Translations under genes and position numbers: made by a program
The notes under the pieces: model-generated
Told to the model about the DNA's origin: nothing
What the model saw: the letters and a program-made list of their open reading frames with translations, nothing else
The model's database searches: none
In this document: positions 8,278 to 18,308 of the stretch, in pieces
Position numbering within the stretch: position 1 is the stretch's first letter
Layout: each line of letters opens with the position of its first letter
Assembly (NCBI GenBank): GCA_965218295.1
Contig: CBDCKN010000008.1
Location: forward strand, 1-64,000
Origin: Longimicrobiales bacterium
GTDB taxonomy: Bacteria > Gemmatimonadota > Gemmatimonadetes > Longimicrobiales > Gaopeijiaceae
Length of the DNA: 64,000 nt
Direction: 5' to 3'

Positions 8278-8677
8278 GTTTCAGCGTAGCTTCAGCGGCA
8301 CCCCCTGGGAGGAGCGCGTCGGATATTGCCGATCTTTGAGAGCCGGGGACCACATCTTCGTTACGGGGACGGCGCCGGTGGCGGAAGGCGGAGGGGTCCA
8401 CGCCGTTGGAGACGGATACGGGCAGGCTCTCCGGTGCTTCGAGATCATACGGAAAGCCCTGGCGGCTCACGGAGCGGACATCAGCGACGTAGTCCGCACT
8501 CGTATGTTCGTCACCGACATCGAACGATGGGAGGAGTACGGACGGGCTCATCAGGAGACCTTCGGCGCCCATCCTCCCACGACCACCATGGTGGAGGTGA
8601 GCAGGCTCATCGACCCCGCCATGCTCATCGAGATCGAGGCTGACGCAGTGGTCGGAGGGGGTACCTCTCCGAGCTGA
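8270..8677 (+). CDS. RidA/YjgF/UK114-family protein
   Basis: WEERVGY-R...DVVRTRMFVTDI...MLIEIEADA. Confidence 0.9.
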   Translation: MAEFQRSFSGTPWEERVGYCRSLRAGDHIFVTGTAPVAEGGGVHAVGDGYGQALRCFEIIRKALAAHGADISDVVRTRMFVTDIERWEEYGRAHQETFGAHPPTTTMVEVSRLIDPAMLIEIEADAVVGGGTSPS

Positions 8678-8713
8678 CCGCCAGGAGCGCCGACCAAGAA
8701 GACGAGTCTGAAC

Positions 8714-10261
8714 CTATTCCCACTCGATGGTGCTGGGGGGCTTCGACGAGACGTCATAGCACACCCGATTCACCCCCACCACCTCGTTGCTGATGCGGGA
8801 GGAGATCCGGCCAAGAACGTCGTCGGGGAACGGATACCAATCCGCGGTCATTCCGTCGCGTGAGGTGACGGCGCGGAGAGCCACCACGTTCTCGTAGGTG
8901 CGGTTGTCACCCATCACGCCGACGGCTCGCACGGGGAGAAGCACGGCGAAGGCCTGCCAGATCTCATCGTAGAGCCCCGCGGCCTGAATCTCGTCCAGAT
9001 AGATGGCGTCCGCCTCCCGCAGCACGGCCAGTCGCTCCTCCGTCACCTGGCCTAGGACTCGGATGGCCAGTCCCGGACCGGGGAACGGATGTCGGCGGAT
9101 GAATTCCTCAGGAAGGCTGAGCTCTCGGCCCACCTGGCGGACCTCGTCCTTGAAGAGCTCCCGGAGAGGCTCGATGAGCTCGAACGGAAGATCCTCCGGC
9201 AGCCCCCCAACGTTGTGGTGGGTCTTGATCGTCTGGGACGGTCCTCCGGTGGAAAAAGACTCGATGACGTCGGGGTACAGAGTGCCCTGAACCAGGTGGC
9301 GGGCTCCCGTCCCCTCTGCACGGGCCAGTCGCCCGAAGACGTCGATGAACACGTGCCCGATCCGCTTCCGCTTCTCCTCGGGCTCCTCTACCCCGGCCAG
9401 AACGCTCAGGAACTCCTCGGCGGCATCCACGACGACCAGTCGGATGCCCATGTGCTTCCGGAAGGTGCGCTCCACGTTCTCGCGCTCGTGCTTCCTGAGG
9501 AGTCCGGTGTCCACGAAGATGCACGTCAGCCGATCGCCCACGGCACGGTGCACCAACGCGGCCGCTACGGACGAGTCCACGCCCCCCGAAAGCCCGCAGA
9601 TGACGGTGCCGTCTCCCACAGCTCTCTGGATCTCCGCAATCGACTCCTCAATGAAGGCTCCGGCCGTCCACGTGGGACGGCACCGGCAGATTCCCAGGAG
9701 GAAGTTCGAGATGATCTCCTCGCCGCGGACCGTATGGGCGACCTCCGGATGGAACTGGACGCCATAGATGGGTCGATCTTCGCTCTTGAACGCCGCCACT
9801 GAGAGCGTCTCCGTGGACGCTAACGTCCGATAGCCGTCCGGTGGCTCGTCGACATGGTCCGCGTGAGAGCACCACACCTGGGTGGGCTCGTCGTCAGCGA
9901 AGCCTTCGAAGAGCCCTCCCGGCTCGTGCACGGTGAGCTCGGCCCGGCCATACTCGCGCTTCCCCAGGATCACGTCCGCCCCTTCAAGCTGCGCGATGAG
10001 CTGCATCCCGTAACAGATTCCGAGCACGGGAATCCCTAGCTGAAACAGCTCCGGTTCGGTGGTGGGTATCCCCTCGTCGTATACCGAGGATGGCCCGCCG
10101 GACAGGATGATTCCCTTCGGCGCCCACTCCCGGATCCAGTCGAGGGACCGCGTGGGTGGGTGGATCTCCGAGTAGACCCGCTCCTCTCGGATTCGGCGGG
10201 CGATGAGCTGGGTGTACTGGGAGCCGAAGTCGAGAATCAGGATGCGATCATGCTCGATCAT
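8714..10261 (-). CDS. guaA: GMP synthase (glutamine-hydrolysing)
   Basis: [39 protein letters not shown]. Confidence 0.97.
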   Translation of the reverse strand: MIEHDRILILDFGSQYTQLIARRIREERVYSEIHPPTRSLDWIREWAPKGIILSGGPSSVYDEGIPTTEPELFQLGIPVLGICYGMQLIAQLEGADVILGKREYGRAELTVHEPGGLFEGFADDEPTQVWCSHADHVDEPPDGYRTLASTETLSVAAFKSEDRPIYGVQFHPEVAHTVRGEEIISNFLLGICRCRPTWTAGAFIEESIAEIQRAVGDGTVICGLSGGVDSSVAAALVHRAVGDRLTCIFVDTGLLRKHERENVERTFRKHMGIRLVVVDAAEEFLSVLAGVEEPEEKRKRIGHVFIDVFGRLARAEGTGARHLVQGTLYPDVIESFSTGGPSQTIKTHHNVGGLPEDLPFELIEPLRELFKDEVRQVGRELSLPEEFIRRHPFPGPGLAIRVLGQVTEERLAVLREADAIYLDEIQAAGLYDEIWQAFAVLLPVRAVGVMGDNRTYENVVALRAVTSRDGMTADWYPFPDDVLGRISSRISNEVVGVNRVCYDVSSKPPSTIEWE

Positions 10262-10267
10262 ACGGCC

Positions 10268-11539
10268 TCAAGACGACAAGGTCCCGTCGGGGAGCCGCTC
10301 ACCCCGGATCAGGTCATCGAGCGTCTCCCGGCGTCGGGCCAGGATCACCTCCGAGCCGTCCACCACCACCTCGGCGGCTCGGGGACGGGAGTTGTAGTTG
10401 GACGACATAGCGAAGCCATACGCGCCCACGGTGTGCACGGCGAGGAGGTCCCCCTCCCGGGGAAGGGCCAGCTCCCTCTCCCGGGCCAGGAAGTCTCCGG
10501 TCTCGCAGATGGGACCAACCACATCCACCACCGCGTGGGTGGCGTCGTCCCTGAGTCGCACCGGCTCGATGCGATGAAAGCCCTGGTAGTGGCTGGGGCG
10601 AATGAGGTCGGTCATCCCCCCGTCCGTGACGACAAATGTCTTCGGCCCCTCATCCTTCACGTACAGCACCCTCGTCACCAGAAGGCCCGCTTCCCCCACG
10701 ATGAACCGGCCGGGCTCCAGGATGAGGCTCAGGCCCGCCTCCTCCACCTGAGGAACCACCACACCGGCAAGCGCGTCGGCCGACATACGGTCCTCGTCGG
10801 CATAGCGAACGCCGTAGCCTCCTCCGAGGTCGACGAAGTGGAGCTCGATGCCCTCGCGGGCCAACTCACCGGCGAGTTCCAGCACTTCGCCGAGGGCCTT
10901 CTCATAGGGATCCGGCTCGAGGATCTGCGATCCGATGTGGACGTCGATGCCCACGATCTCAAGCCCGGACTGCTCGGCAGCCCATCGATAGAGGCCCAGA
11001 ACCCGGTCCAACGGGATGCCGAACTTGGATTCGCCATGTCCGGTGCGGGTGTACTCGTGGGGGGTGTCGGCCAGGATGTCGGGGTTCACCCGGAGCGCCA
11101 CGGGCGCGCGTCGCCCCATCCGTTGCGCCACCGTGTCCAACCCGCGGAGCTCGCCCTCGCTTTCCACGTTGAACGCCAGAATCCCGGCGCCGAGGGCGGC
11201 CTCCATCTCCACTTCGGTCTTCCCCACCCCCGCGAAGACAATCCGCTCGGGGGGAACTCCGGCCGTCAGGCAGCGGTGGAGCTCTCCCAAGCTGACGATG
11301 TCGGCGCCGGCCCCCAGGGCGACGAGGCGTCGGAGGATCTCGAGGTTGCCGTTGGCCTTGACCGAGTACGCCATGAGCAGATCGACCCCTTCGAACGCCG
11401 ACTCGAAGTGCCGATACGCGGACTCCATCACCTCCGCGTCATAGACGTAGAGAGGCGTTCCGAACTCCGCAGCGAGCTCCGAGACCGTGCGCTCGCCGGC
11501 GTGGAGTTCGCCGTCGAGCCGGGGGAAGGAGAGGCTCAC
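10268..11539 (-). CDS. lysA: Diaminopimelate decarboxylase
   Basis: GTPLYVYD, YSVKAN, HIGSQ, EPGR, GPICETGD, SNYNSRPR; GTG start chosen by hand. Confidence 0.95.
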   Translation of the reverse strand: MSLSFPRLDGELHAGERTVSELAAEFGTPLYVYDAEVMESAYRHFESAFEGVDLLMAYSVKANGNLEILRRLVALGAGADIVSLGELHRCLTAGVPPERIVFAGVGKTEVEMEAALGAGILAFNVESEGELRGLDTVAQRMGRRAPVALRVNPDILADTPHEYTRTGHGESKFGIPLDRVLGLYRWAAEQSGLEIVGIDVHIGSQILEPDPYEKALGEVLELAGELAREGIELHFVDLGGGYGVRYADEDRMSADALAGVVVPQVEEAGLSLILEPGRFIVGEAGLLVTRVLYVKDEGPKTFVVTDGGMTDLIRPSHYQGFHRIEPVRLRDDATHAVVDVVGPICETGDFLARERELALPREGDLLAVHTVGAYGFAMSSNYNSRPRAAEVVVDGSEVILARRRETLDDLIRGERLPDGTLSS

Positions 11540-11561
11540 GCCCCGCCGGCCGGATTGGTCA

Positions 11562-13025
11562 TCAGTACGCCTTTGCCCACATGACCTCCATGGCGGAGTC
11601 CTTTTCTCCCCCGATGCACCTTGCCGGAGCTTCGGGGGATCGGAACTCCTCTTCGGGAATGCAGCGCAGTGTGGCCTTGGTCTCGTCCTTGATACGCTCT
11701 TCCACGGCGGGGTCTCCACTCCAACCCGTGTATACGTAACCGCCGGTGGTGTTCATGATCTCGGCCAGCTCGGCCAGGTCGTTCACACCCCGGTAGGAGT
11801 TCTCCTCCCGCCGGGTCTTCGCCGCCTCGAAGAGCTGCGCCTGAAACGTGTCGAGCCGATCTCCCAGGGTGGCGAGCGCTTCCGACTCCGGCACGAACTC
11901 CTTGCGCGGCTCCTCCTCGGACCGCACGCGCTTGGCCAGAACAACCTGCCCGGACTCCATGTCCTTGGGCCCGATCTCCATCCTGAGCGGGACGCCCTTC
12001 CGCTCCCACTCGTAGTACTTGTTGCCGGGGCTCAAGTAGTCGCGAGAATCGACTTTGGCACGTATGCCCTTTTCCGCCAGCGCATCCCGGACGGCGTCGG
12101 CCTTCTCGAGCACGGACCCGTGATCGTCTCCCTTGAGGATCGGAACGATGACGACCTGCACGGGAGCCAGCTTCGGAGGCAGGACGAGTCCCTGGTCGTC
12201 GCCGTGCGTCATCACCAGCCCCCCCACCAGCCGCGTGGACACCCCCCAGGAGGTGTTCCACGCATACTCCTCCATCCCCTCCTCCGTCTGGAAGGTGAGC
12301 TCGAACTGCTTGGAGAAGTTCTGACCCAGGAAGTGCGAGGTGCCGGCCTGAAGGGCCCGGTTGTCCTGCATCATGGCCTCGCACGAATAGCTTCGCACCG
12401 CACCGGCGAACTTCTCGGCATCGGACTTGAGCCCGGTTACGGGAGGCATGGCCATCCAGTCTTCCATGAACGTCTGGTACACGCCCAGCATGCGCCGCGT
12501 GTGCTCCTCCGCCTCTTCGGCCGTGGCGTGCACGGTGTGGCCTTCCTGCCAGAGGAACTCGGAGGTCCTCAGGAACAGCCGGGTCCGGAGCTCCCAGCGC
12601 ATGACGTTCGCCCACTGATTCAACAGCAACGGGAGGTCGCGATAGCTCTGGATCCACTTCGCGAACATCGACATGATGACTGTCTCGGAGGTGGGCCGAA
12701 CCACGAGTGGCTCCTCCAGTTCCTTGCCGCCGGCGTGGGTGACGATGGCGAGCTCGGGCTTGAAGCCCTCGACGTGCTCCTGCTCCTTCTCGATAAAGCT
12801 CATGGGAATCAGGAGCGGGAAATACGCGTTCTCGTGGCCGGTGGCCTTGAACATGTCGTCGAGAGCCCGCTGCATGTTCTCCCATATGGTATATCCCCAC
12901 GGCCGAATGACCATGCAGCCTCGAACCGGTGAGTAGTCGGCCAGCTCGGACCGGAGCACCAGCTCGTTGTACCAGGCCGCGAAGTCCTCGTCGCGGGGGG
13001 TCAGCTGCTTGTCGTCAGCCATCAT
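11562..13025 (-). CDS. proS: Proline--tRNA ligase (archaeal/eukaryote-like type)
   Basis: RPTSET, FLRTSEFLWQEGHT, ALQAGTSHFLGQNF, C-terminal AKAY; no INS editing domain. Confidence 0.95.
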   Translation of the reverse strand: MMADDKQLTPRDEDFAAWYNELVLRSELADYSPVRGCMVIRPWGYTIWENMQRALDDMFKATGHENAYFPLLIPMSFIEKEQEHVEGFKPELAIVTHAGGKELEEPLVVRPTSETVIMSMFAKWIQSYRDLPLLLNQWANVMRWELRTRLFLRTSEFLWQEGHTVHATAEEAEEHTRRMLGVYQTFMEDWMAMPPVTGLKSDAEKFAGAVRSYSCEAMMQDNRALQAGTSHFLGQNFSKQFELTFQTEEGMEEYAWNTSWGVSTRLVGGLVMTHGDDQGLVLPPKLAPVQVVIVPILKGDDHGSVLEKADAVRDALAEKGIRAKVDSRDYLSPGNKYYEWERKGVPLRMEIGPKDMESGQVVLAKRVRSEEEPRKEFVPESEALATLGDRLDTFQAQLFEAAKTRREENSYRGVNDLAELAEIMNTTGGYVYTGWSGDPAVEERIKDETKATLRCIPEEEFRSPEAPARCIGGEKDSAMEVMWAKAY

Positions 13026-13324
13026 CACCTCTTGGTGGTGGAATCCCGGACAGGATCCTGCGTGCCTTTCGTCACCTCGACTCGGTGCTCCTTTCGGAGC
13101 ACCATGAAACCCGGCACTCCGAAGAACAGGAGCGACGCCACGATCCAGGAGATCCTGAACGAGGCGCCCGTGGCACTCTGGACGAACCACGCCGTGAGTG
13201 CCCCGGCCACCAGTGCCAGTGCCATGGCGACGGCGAGGATCACGTACTCGAGGGCGTTGAGCCGCCGAATGGCCGTCTCCATCATGCGCCGCGTCTCGGG
13301 GTGGGAGTTGTCACGCGACGTCAC
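13025..13324 (-). CDS. Small two-helix membrane protein
   Basis: Two hydrophobic segments; overlaps the hisS stop and abuts the proS start. Confidence 0.75.
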   Translation of the reverse strand: MTSRDNSHPETRRMMETAIRRLNALEYVILAVAMALALVAGALTAWFVQSATGASFRISWIVASLLFFGVPGFMVLRKEHRVEVTKGTQDPVRDSTTKR

Positions 13325-14604
13325 TCGAGCTCCTCCAGGCGTACTTCCCGTTCCTCCCCGGAGGCCATATTCCGGATCACGGCCCGGCCCCGAGCAACCT
13401 CGTCGGGACCGAGGACGATGACATCCCGAGCTCCCGCGTTCCCGGCGGCCGTGAACTGCTTTCGCACCGACTGCTCCTTCAGCCCATAAAGCACGCTCAA
13501 GCCGCGGTCGCGATTGGCGTGGGCTATGGAGAGCGCAAGCTTCCGGTGCTCTTCCCCGATGACGACGATATAGTAGTCCACCTCGGGGCGAGTCTCGGGC
13601 ATGAGCCCTCGCTCGCGGATCAGGTCCCCGAGGACCACGTCTCCCATGCCGAAGCCGACGGCGGGAAGGGGTTCACCTCCAACGAGCTCCAGAAGCCTGT
13701 CATACCGTCCGCCTCCACAGATGGCCCGAAGCTCCCCCTTTCGGTCGAAGAGCTCGAAGACGATTCCGGTGTAATAAGCCAGCCCTCGGACGATCCTGAG
13801 ATCGAACTGCACGTACGGACCCAGGCCCATGGCCTCGAGCTGGCCGAAGTAGACCTCAAGACGCTCCAGCTCTGGGGCTATGCCCTCCTGATCACCCAGG
13901 CGGGACGCGACCCCCTCCAAGGTCCCCTCCTCGAACAGCTCCAGCGCCACACGCGCACTGTCCTCGTTGAGCCCCCCTTCGGTCCGGAGTCTCTCGAGGG
14001 AGCGGTCGGGACTCGCGCGCTCGAGCTTGTCGATGACGGTGAAAGCCGTGGCGAGGCGCTCCTCTTCTACTCCGAAAACCGAGAGCACCGCGGACAGCAG
14101 GCGTCGATCGGAAACCCGTGCCAGGATATCGTCGGGGCCGAGTCCGAGCTCGCGGAGTCCGTCCAGCCCCACGGCCAGTACCTCGACATCCGCGGCGACG
14201 CCCTCCTCGCCAACAACGTCCACGTTCCACTGGAAGTGCTCCCTCAGGCGGCCCCTCTGCTGACGCTCGTAGCGGAAAAGCTGTGGAACGGAGAACCAGC
14301 GGATGGGCTTGGCCAAGGAGCGGCTGTGCTCGGCCAGGATGCGGGCAAGGGACGGCGTCATTTCAGGACGTAGCGAGACCTCCCGCTCACCTTTGTCCTG
14401 GAAGTGGTACAGCTGGCCGACGATCTCCTCGCCACTTTTCTCCACGTAGAGTCCGAGAGGCTCCAGGGGGGGACCGTCGTATTCCAAGAAACCGTAGCGG
14501 CGGGAGACCCGGCGCCAGGCGTCCAAGATATGCTCACGGAAGGCGCATTCTTCCGGGATAAAGTCACGGAATCCGGGAAGGCGCGCGAAGATCGGCTTCG
14601 ACAT
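13321..14604 (-). CDS. hisS: Histidine--tRNA ligase
   Basis: LRPEMT, FRYERQQRGRLREH, VRGLAYYTG, GGGRYD. Confidence 0.97.
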   Translation of the reverse strand: MSKPIFARLPGFRDFIPEECAFREHILDAWRRVSRRYGFLEYDGPPLEPLGLYVEKSGEEIVGQLYHFQDKGEREVSLRPEMTPSLARILAEHSRSLAKPIRWFSVPQLFRYERQQRGRLREHFQWNVDVVGEEGVAADVEVLAVGLDGLRELGLGPDDILARVSDRRLLSAVLSVFGVEEERLATAFTVIDKLERASPDRSLERLRTEGGLNEDSARVALELFEEGTLEGVASRLGDQEGIAPELERLEVYFGQLEAMGLGPYVQFDLRIVRGLAYYTGIVFELFDRKGELRAICGGGRYDRLLELVGGEPLPAVGFGMGDVVLGDLIRERGLMPETRPEVDYYIVVIGEEHRKLALSIAHANRDRGLSVLYGLKEQSVRKQFTAAGNAGARDVIVLGPDEVARGRAVIRNMASGEEREVRLEELE

Positions 14605-14688
14605 GCGGGCGAATCTAAACCAGACGTTCTAAATGTACAGTGGCTACGGGCTCTTCCGGTGTCTCAGGATCCCCGGCCCGGTGGTTGT

Positions 14689-14854
14689 TAGTGTTCCGTT
14701 GCCGAAGTTCGCGAGCCACCAAGAGGGTCGGGGCGCCGTGGGATCAAGGCGGGACGACGCGGCGTAGCGCAAGCTACGTTAAGGAGTCCCAACGCCGAGC
14801 CCACGGATGCACCGTGCCCTCGACTGGCCGAGACACTTTGGCAACGGGACACTA
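14689..14854 (+). mobile_element. MITE-like repeat, full copy 2, in the folC stop codon
   Basis: Same 162-bp core with TA on both sides; the right-hand CTA is the folC TAG. Confidence 0.9.
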
Positions 14855-16195
14855 AAACGGCGACAGATCGAGGGCTCCGAGGGCGTCACCGACGGTGTGG
14901 TGCGAGCCCGTCACAACGATGGTCCCCGACCCGGCAAGCTCCTTGGCCCGTTCGAGGGCCTCGCCGAAGTCGGAACGGATCTCGGTCTCGGAACGGCCCA
15001 CGGCCAGTGACGCGGCATAGGGATCCCAGCGCCGCTCCAGTGGGGCCGAAGGCGCCTGGGTGAAGACCGCATGGTCGGTCCTCTCGAAGAGTGGCGGCAG
15101 GATGGAGCGCCAGTCCTTGTCCCCGAGCACGGCGGTCAGCAGGACCACCGGCCGTGGCAGCGCGAGTCGCTCCAGCACGGACGCCAGGGCGTAGGCGCCG
15201 GCCGGGTTATGAGCCACATCGAAGAGCCATGTCTGACCGTCGAGGTGCACGACCTGAGAGCGCCCGGGCAAACAGACGCTCTCGATCCCATCCAGAACGG
15301 TCCGCGCATCGGGACGAAGCGACTCCGGCAGGTGCTCGAGGATCGCTGCGGACAGCGCACCGTTCATGGCCTGGTGCTCACCCACCAGCGGGGTGCGGAC
15401 CCGGAGCGGTCCCCACACGTGGGTGGAGACCGTAAAGGACGTGTGGTTCTCGGTGATCTCGAGATCCATCCCTTCCGGGTCGAGGTGCAGGGGCGAGAAG
15501 GGAGCCTCCATCCGGTCGCAGACGTCCTCGAAGACTGACAGTATTCGCTCATCGCTTTCACCGATGAGCAGTGGAACGCCGGCCTTGATGATACCGGCCT
15601 TCTCCCAGGCGATCTCGGACAGCGTCTCACCCAGGTACTCCGAATGGTCCTTGGCCACATTGGTGATTGCGGTGATCAGCGGCGTGACGACGTTCGTGGC
15701 GTCCAGCCGCCCCCCCAGGCCGACCTCGATGACGGCCACGTCCACGCTTCGACGTTGGAACAGGTGGAACGCCAAGGCCGTGACGGCCTCGAAGAAGGTC
15801 AGCTCGTGGCGGACGATGTCGTCTCTCAGGTCCCGTACGAGCTCTCGCAGCTCGCCTTCCTCCACCAGATGGCCGGCCACCTGGAACCGCTCACGGAAGG
15901 AGCACAGATGCGGAGAGGTGTAGAGTCCGGTCGTGCTCCCCCCTCGTTCGAGAGCCGCATACACAGTAGACGCCACGGACCCCTTCCCGTTCGTTCCTCC
16001 CAAATGAACGCTCGGATACGAGCGGTGGGGGTCCCCCGTGTCCTGGAGGAAAGCCTCCATCCGGGAGAGGCCCCAGTGGACGCCGTGTGTGAGCCGGGGG
16101 AGCAGCTCGTCCAAGAGGGGGTCGCCCGCCACGCAGTCGAGTCGGGCGGGAGACAGAACGGAGGAGTGACCCGGAGACAGGTCGGGTCCTTCCAT
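14852..16195 (-). CDS. folC: Folylpolyglutamate synthase/dihydrofolate synthase
   Basis: GTNGKGS, YTSPHL, EVGLGGRLDATN, DVAHNP. Confidence 0.95.
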   Translation of the reverse strand: MEGPDLSPGHSSVLSPARLDCVAGDPLLDELLPRLTHGVHWGLSRMEAFLQDTGDPHRSYPSVHLGGTNGKGSVASTVYAALERGGSTTGLYTSPHLCSFRERFQVAGHLVEEGELRELVRDLRDDIVRHELTFFEAVTALAFHLFQRRSVDVAVIEVGLGGRLDATNVVTPLITAITNVAKDHSEYLGETLSEIAWEKAGIIKAGVPLLIGESDERILSVFEDVCDRMEAPFSPLHLDPEGMDLEITENHTSFTVSTHVWGPLRVRTPLVGEHQAMNGALSAAILEHLPESLRPDARTVLDGIESVCLPGRSQVVHLDGQTWLFDVAHNPAGAYALASVLERLALPRPVVLLTAVLGDKDWRSILPPLFERTDHAVFTQAPSAPLERRWDPYAASLAVGRSETEIRSDFGEALERAKELAGSGTIVVTGSHHTVGDALGALDLSPF

Positions 16196-17037
16196 CAGGC
16201 GATCATGTGGCGGAGGAGGGTGGCCACCGTGGCCTTCAGCTCTCGCCGGTCCACGACCCGGTCGATCATCCCGTGCTGGAGCAAGAACTCGGAACGTTGA
16301 AATCCCTCCGGAAGCTCCTGGCGGATGGTCTCTTCGATGACCCGGGGGCCGGCGAATCCGATGAGGGCCCCGGGTTCGGCGAGATTCACGTCCCCGAGCA
16401 TGGCATGGGACGCCGTGACGCCACCGGTGGTAGGATCCGTGAGCACCGCGATATAGGGGAGACCGGCTTCGTGGAGACGAGCGAGCACAGCAGACGTCTT
16501 GGCCATCTGCATGAGGGAGTAGATACCCTCCTGCATCCGGGCACCGCCTGAGGCGCTGACGACCACGAGTGGCTCCCTACGTACAAGAGCGGCCTGGCCA
16601 GCACGCGCGATCTTCTCCCCTACCACGGACCCCATGGAGCCGCCGACAAAGCGGAAATCCATGACCGCCAGGGTCACGCCCATACCCTCGACCGTCCCGG
16701 TCCCCGACAGGACGGCCTCCTTCCTGCCGACCTTGGACTCTGCGGCCTCCAGGCGGTCCTTGTACGGCTTGAGGTCCTGGAATCCGAGGGGATCGGCGCT
16801 GGCGAGGTCGCGGTCGATCTCCTCGAAGGATCCCTCGTCAAGGAGGATCTCGACGTACCTCTCCGCCGTTATGCGGAAGTGGTGGCCACAGGTGGGGCAC
16901 ACCTGGAGGTTCTGGGCAAGCTTCTCGCCGTAGAGAATCTCCCCGCACCCCTGGCACTTGTCGAACACGTCGGATGGTACGTCGCGCCTGTCCTCCGCCT
17001 TCAGGGGCTGTTTGTCTTTACGAAACCAGGCCATCAT
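16195..17037 (-). CDS. accD: Acetyl-CoA carboxylase carboxyltransferase beta subunit
   Basis: Cys4 zinc ribbon, [25 protein letters not shown]. Confidence 0.97.
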   Translation of the reverse strand: MMAWFRKDKQPLKAEDRRDVPSDVFDKCQGCGEILYGEKLAQNLQVCPTCGHHFRITAERYVEILLDEGSFEEIDRDLASADPLGFQDLKPYKDRLEAAESKVGRKEAVLSGTGTVEGMGVTLAVMDFRFVGGSMGSVVGEKIARAGQAALVRREPLVVVSASGGARMQEGIYSLMQMAKTSAVLARLHEAGLPYIAVLTDPTTGGVTASHAMLGDVNLAEPGALIGFAGPRVIEETIRQELPEGFQRSEFLLQHGMIDRVVDRRELKATVATLLRHMIA

Positions 17038-18272
17038 TCCTCGTATGCGACCCTAGCGGCCATCGCGACGGCGATCCAGGACATGAGGAGAAAGGTTCCG
17101 CCGTAGCTAACGAAGGGTAGGGGTATTCCCGTGACCGGTACCATGCCGACGGTCATGCCGACATTCACGAAAATGTGGACCAGCCAGGCTCCGAAGATAC
17201 CGAAGATCACCAGGCCTGCAAATGGATCTGTGGTCTCTTCGGCCATTTTCACGAGGCGGTACAGGATGAAGGCGAAGAGGGCCAGGGCCAGCCCGGTTCC
17301 GAGAAAGCCCAACTCCTCACCGACGACCGAGAAGATGAAGTCCGTGTGCTGCTCGGGGAGGAAGTCCAACCTCTTCTGGGTCCCTTCGGTGAACCCCTTT
17401 CCGCTCAGCCCGCCGCTGCCGATGGCGACCATGGACTGGATGAGATGATACCCCGCCCCACGCGGATCGACGCTGGGGTCCAGAAAGACCAGAATGCGGT
17501 TCTGCTGGTACTCGGCCAGGGAGTTCCAGAGGGGGGTCGCGATGGTTCCCGCCGCGAGATTCGCCAGGACGATGGCCAGAGACTCCACCAGAAACAGACG
17601 GTAGCGAAAGAGGTAGAGGGAGCCCACGACGACCACAAAGAACACGGCCCAGATCCGGTTGTCGAAGCTCAAGATCAACGCGACCCCGGGACTGGCCAGG
17701 AACGCCAGGAGGCCGATGGGGGCACCCGCCCAATAGAGAGCGGCGAAGAGGATCCCCACGAAGGCGAGAGCCGTCCCGAGATCGGGCTGGAGAATCACCA
17801 ATCCCAGGGGGATGCCGACGATGGCCGACGGAGTGACCAGGGCCCGGAGGGTCGTGGGATCTTCGGAGCGAGTCCCCAGATAGCGGGCCAGGGCGAGGAT
17901 GGTCGCCAACTTGGCGAGCTCGGCCGGCTGGAACCGGATGAACCCGAGGTCCAGGAAGCTCTTCACCCCCGCAGCCGTCCCGGATCCCGTACCCACCACA
18001 AGAGTCGTCCCCAGGAGCAGGACGCTGAGGCCGTATACGGGTGGGGCGACCCACTCGAACCAGCGAGGGCGCAGCTGGCGGACCAAGGTAAATGCCACGA
18101 GGGCGAGCACGAACCAGCAGGCTTGGCGAATCCACGCCCCCTCCGTGACGGGGCGCGGAATGTTGAGGACGCCTGCCGAATAGATCATGGCGATCCCGAA
18201 CGCCGTCATGACCATGACGGCCAGGACCAGCGCGGGGTCTCCGGCCCAACGGGCGAAGGCTCTACGGAACAC
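17034..18272 (-). CDS. rodA: SEDS peptidoglycan polymerase RodA
   Basis: [35 protein letters not shown]. Confidence 0.95.
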   Translation of the reverse strand: MFRRAFARWAGDPALVLAVMVMTAFGIAMIYSAGVLNIPRPVTEGAWIRQACWFVLALVAFTLVRQLRPRWFEWVAPPVYGLSVLLLGTTLVVGTGSGTAAGVKSFLDLGFIRFQPAELAKLATILALARYLGTRSEDPTTLRALVTPSAIVGIPLGLVILQPDLGTALAFVGILFAALYWAGAPIGLLAFLASPGVALILSFDNRIWAVFFVVVVGSLYLFRYRLFLVESLAIVLANLAAGTIATPLWNSLAEYQQNRILVFLDPSVDPRGAGYHLIQSMVAIGSGGLSGKGFTEGTQKRLDFLPEQHTDFIFSVVGEELGFLGTGLALALFAFILYRLVKMAEETTDPFAGLVIFGIFGAWLVHIFVNVGMTVGMVPVTGIPLPFVSYGGTFLLMSWIAVAMAARVAYEE

Positions 18273-18308
18273 CGAGGAGCCCAGCCGCCCCTTTCGTGCC
18301 CTTCGCGC

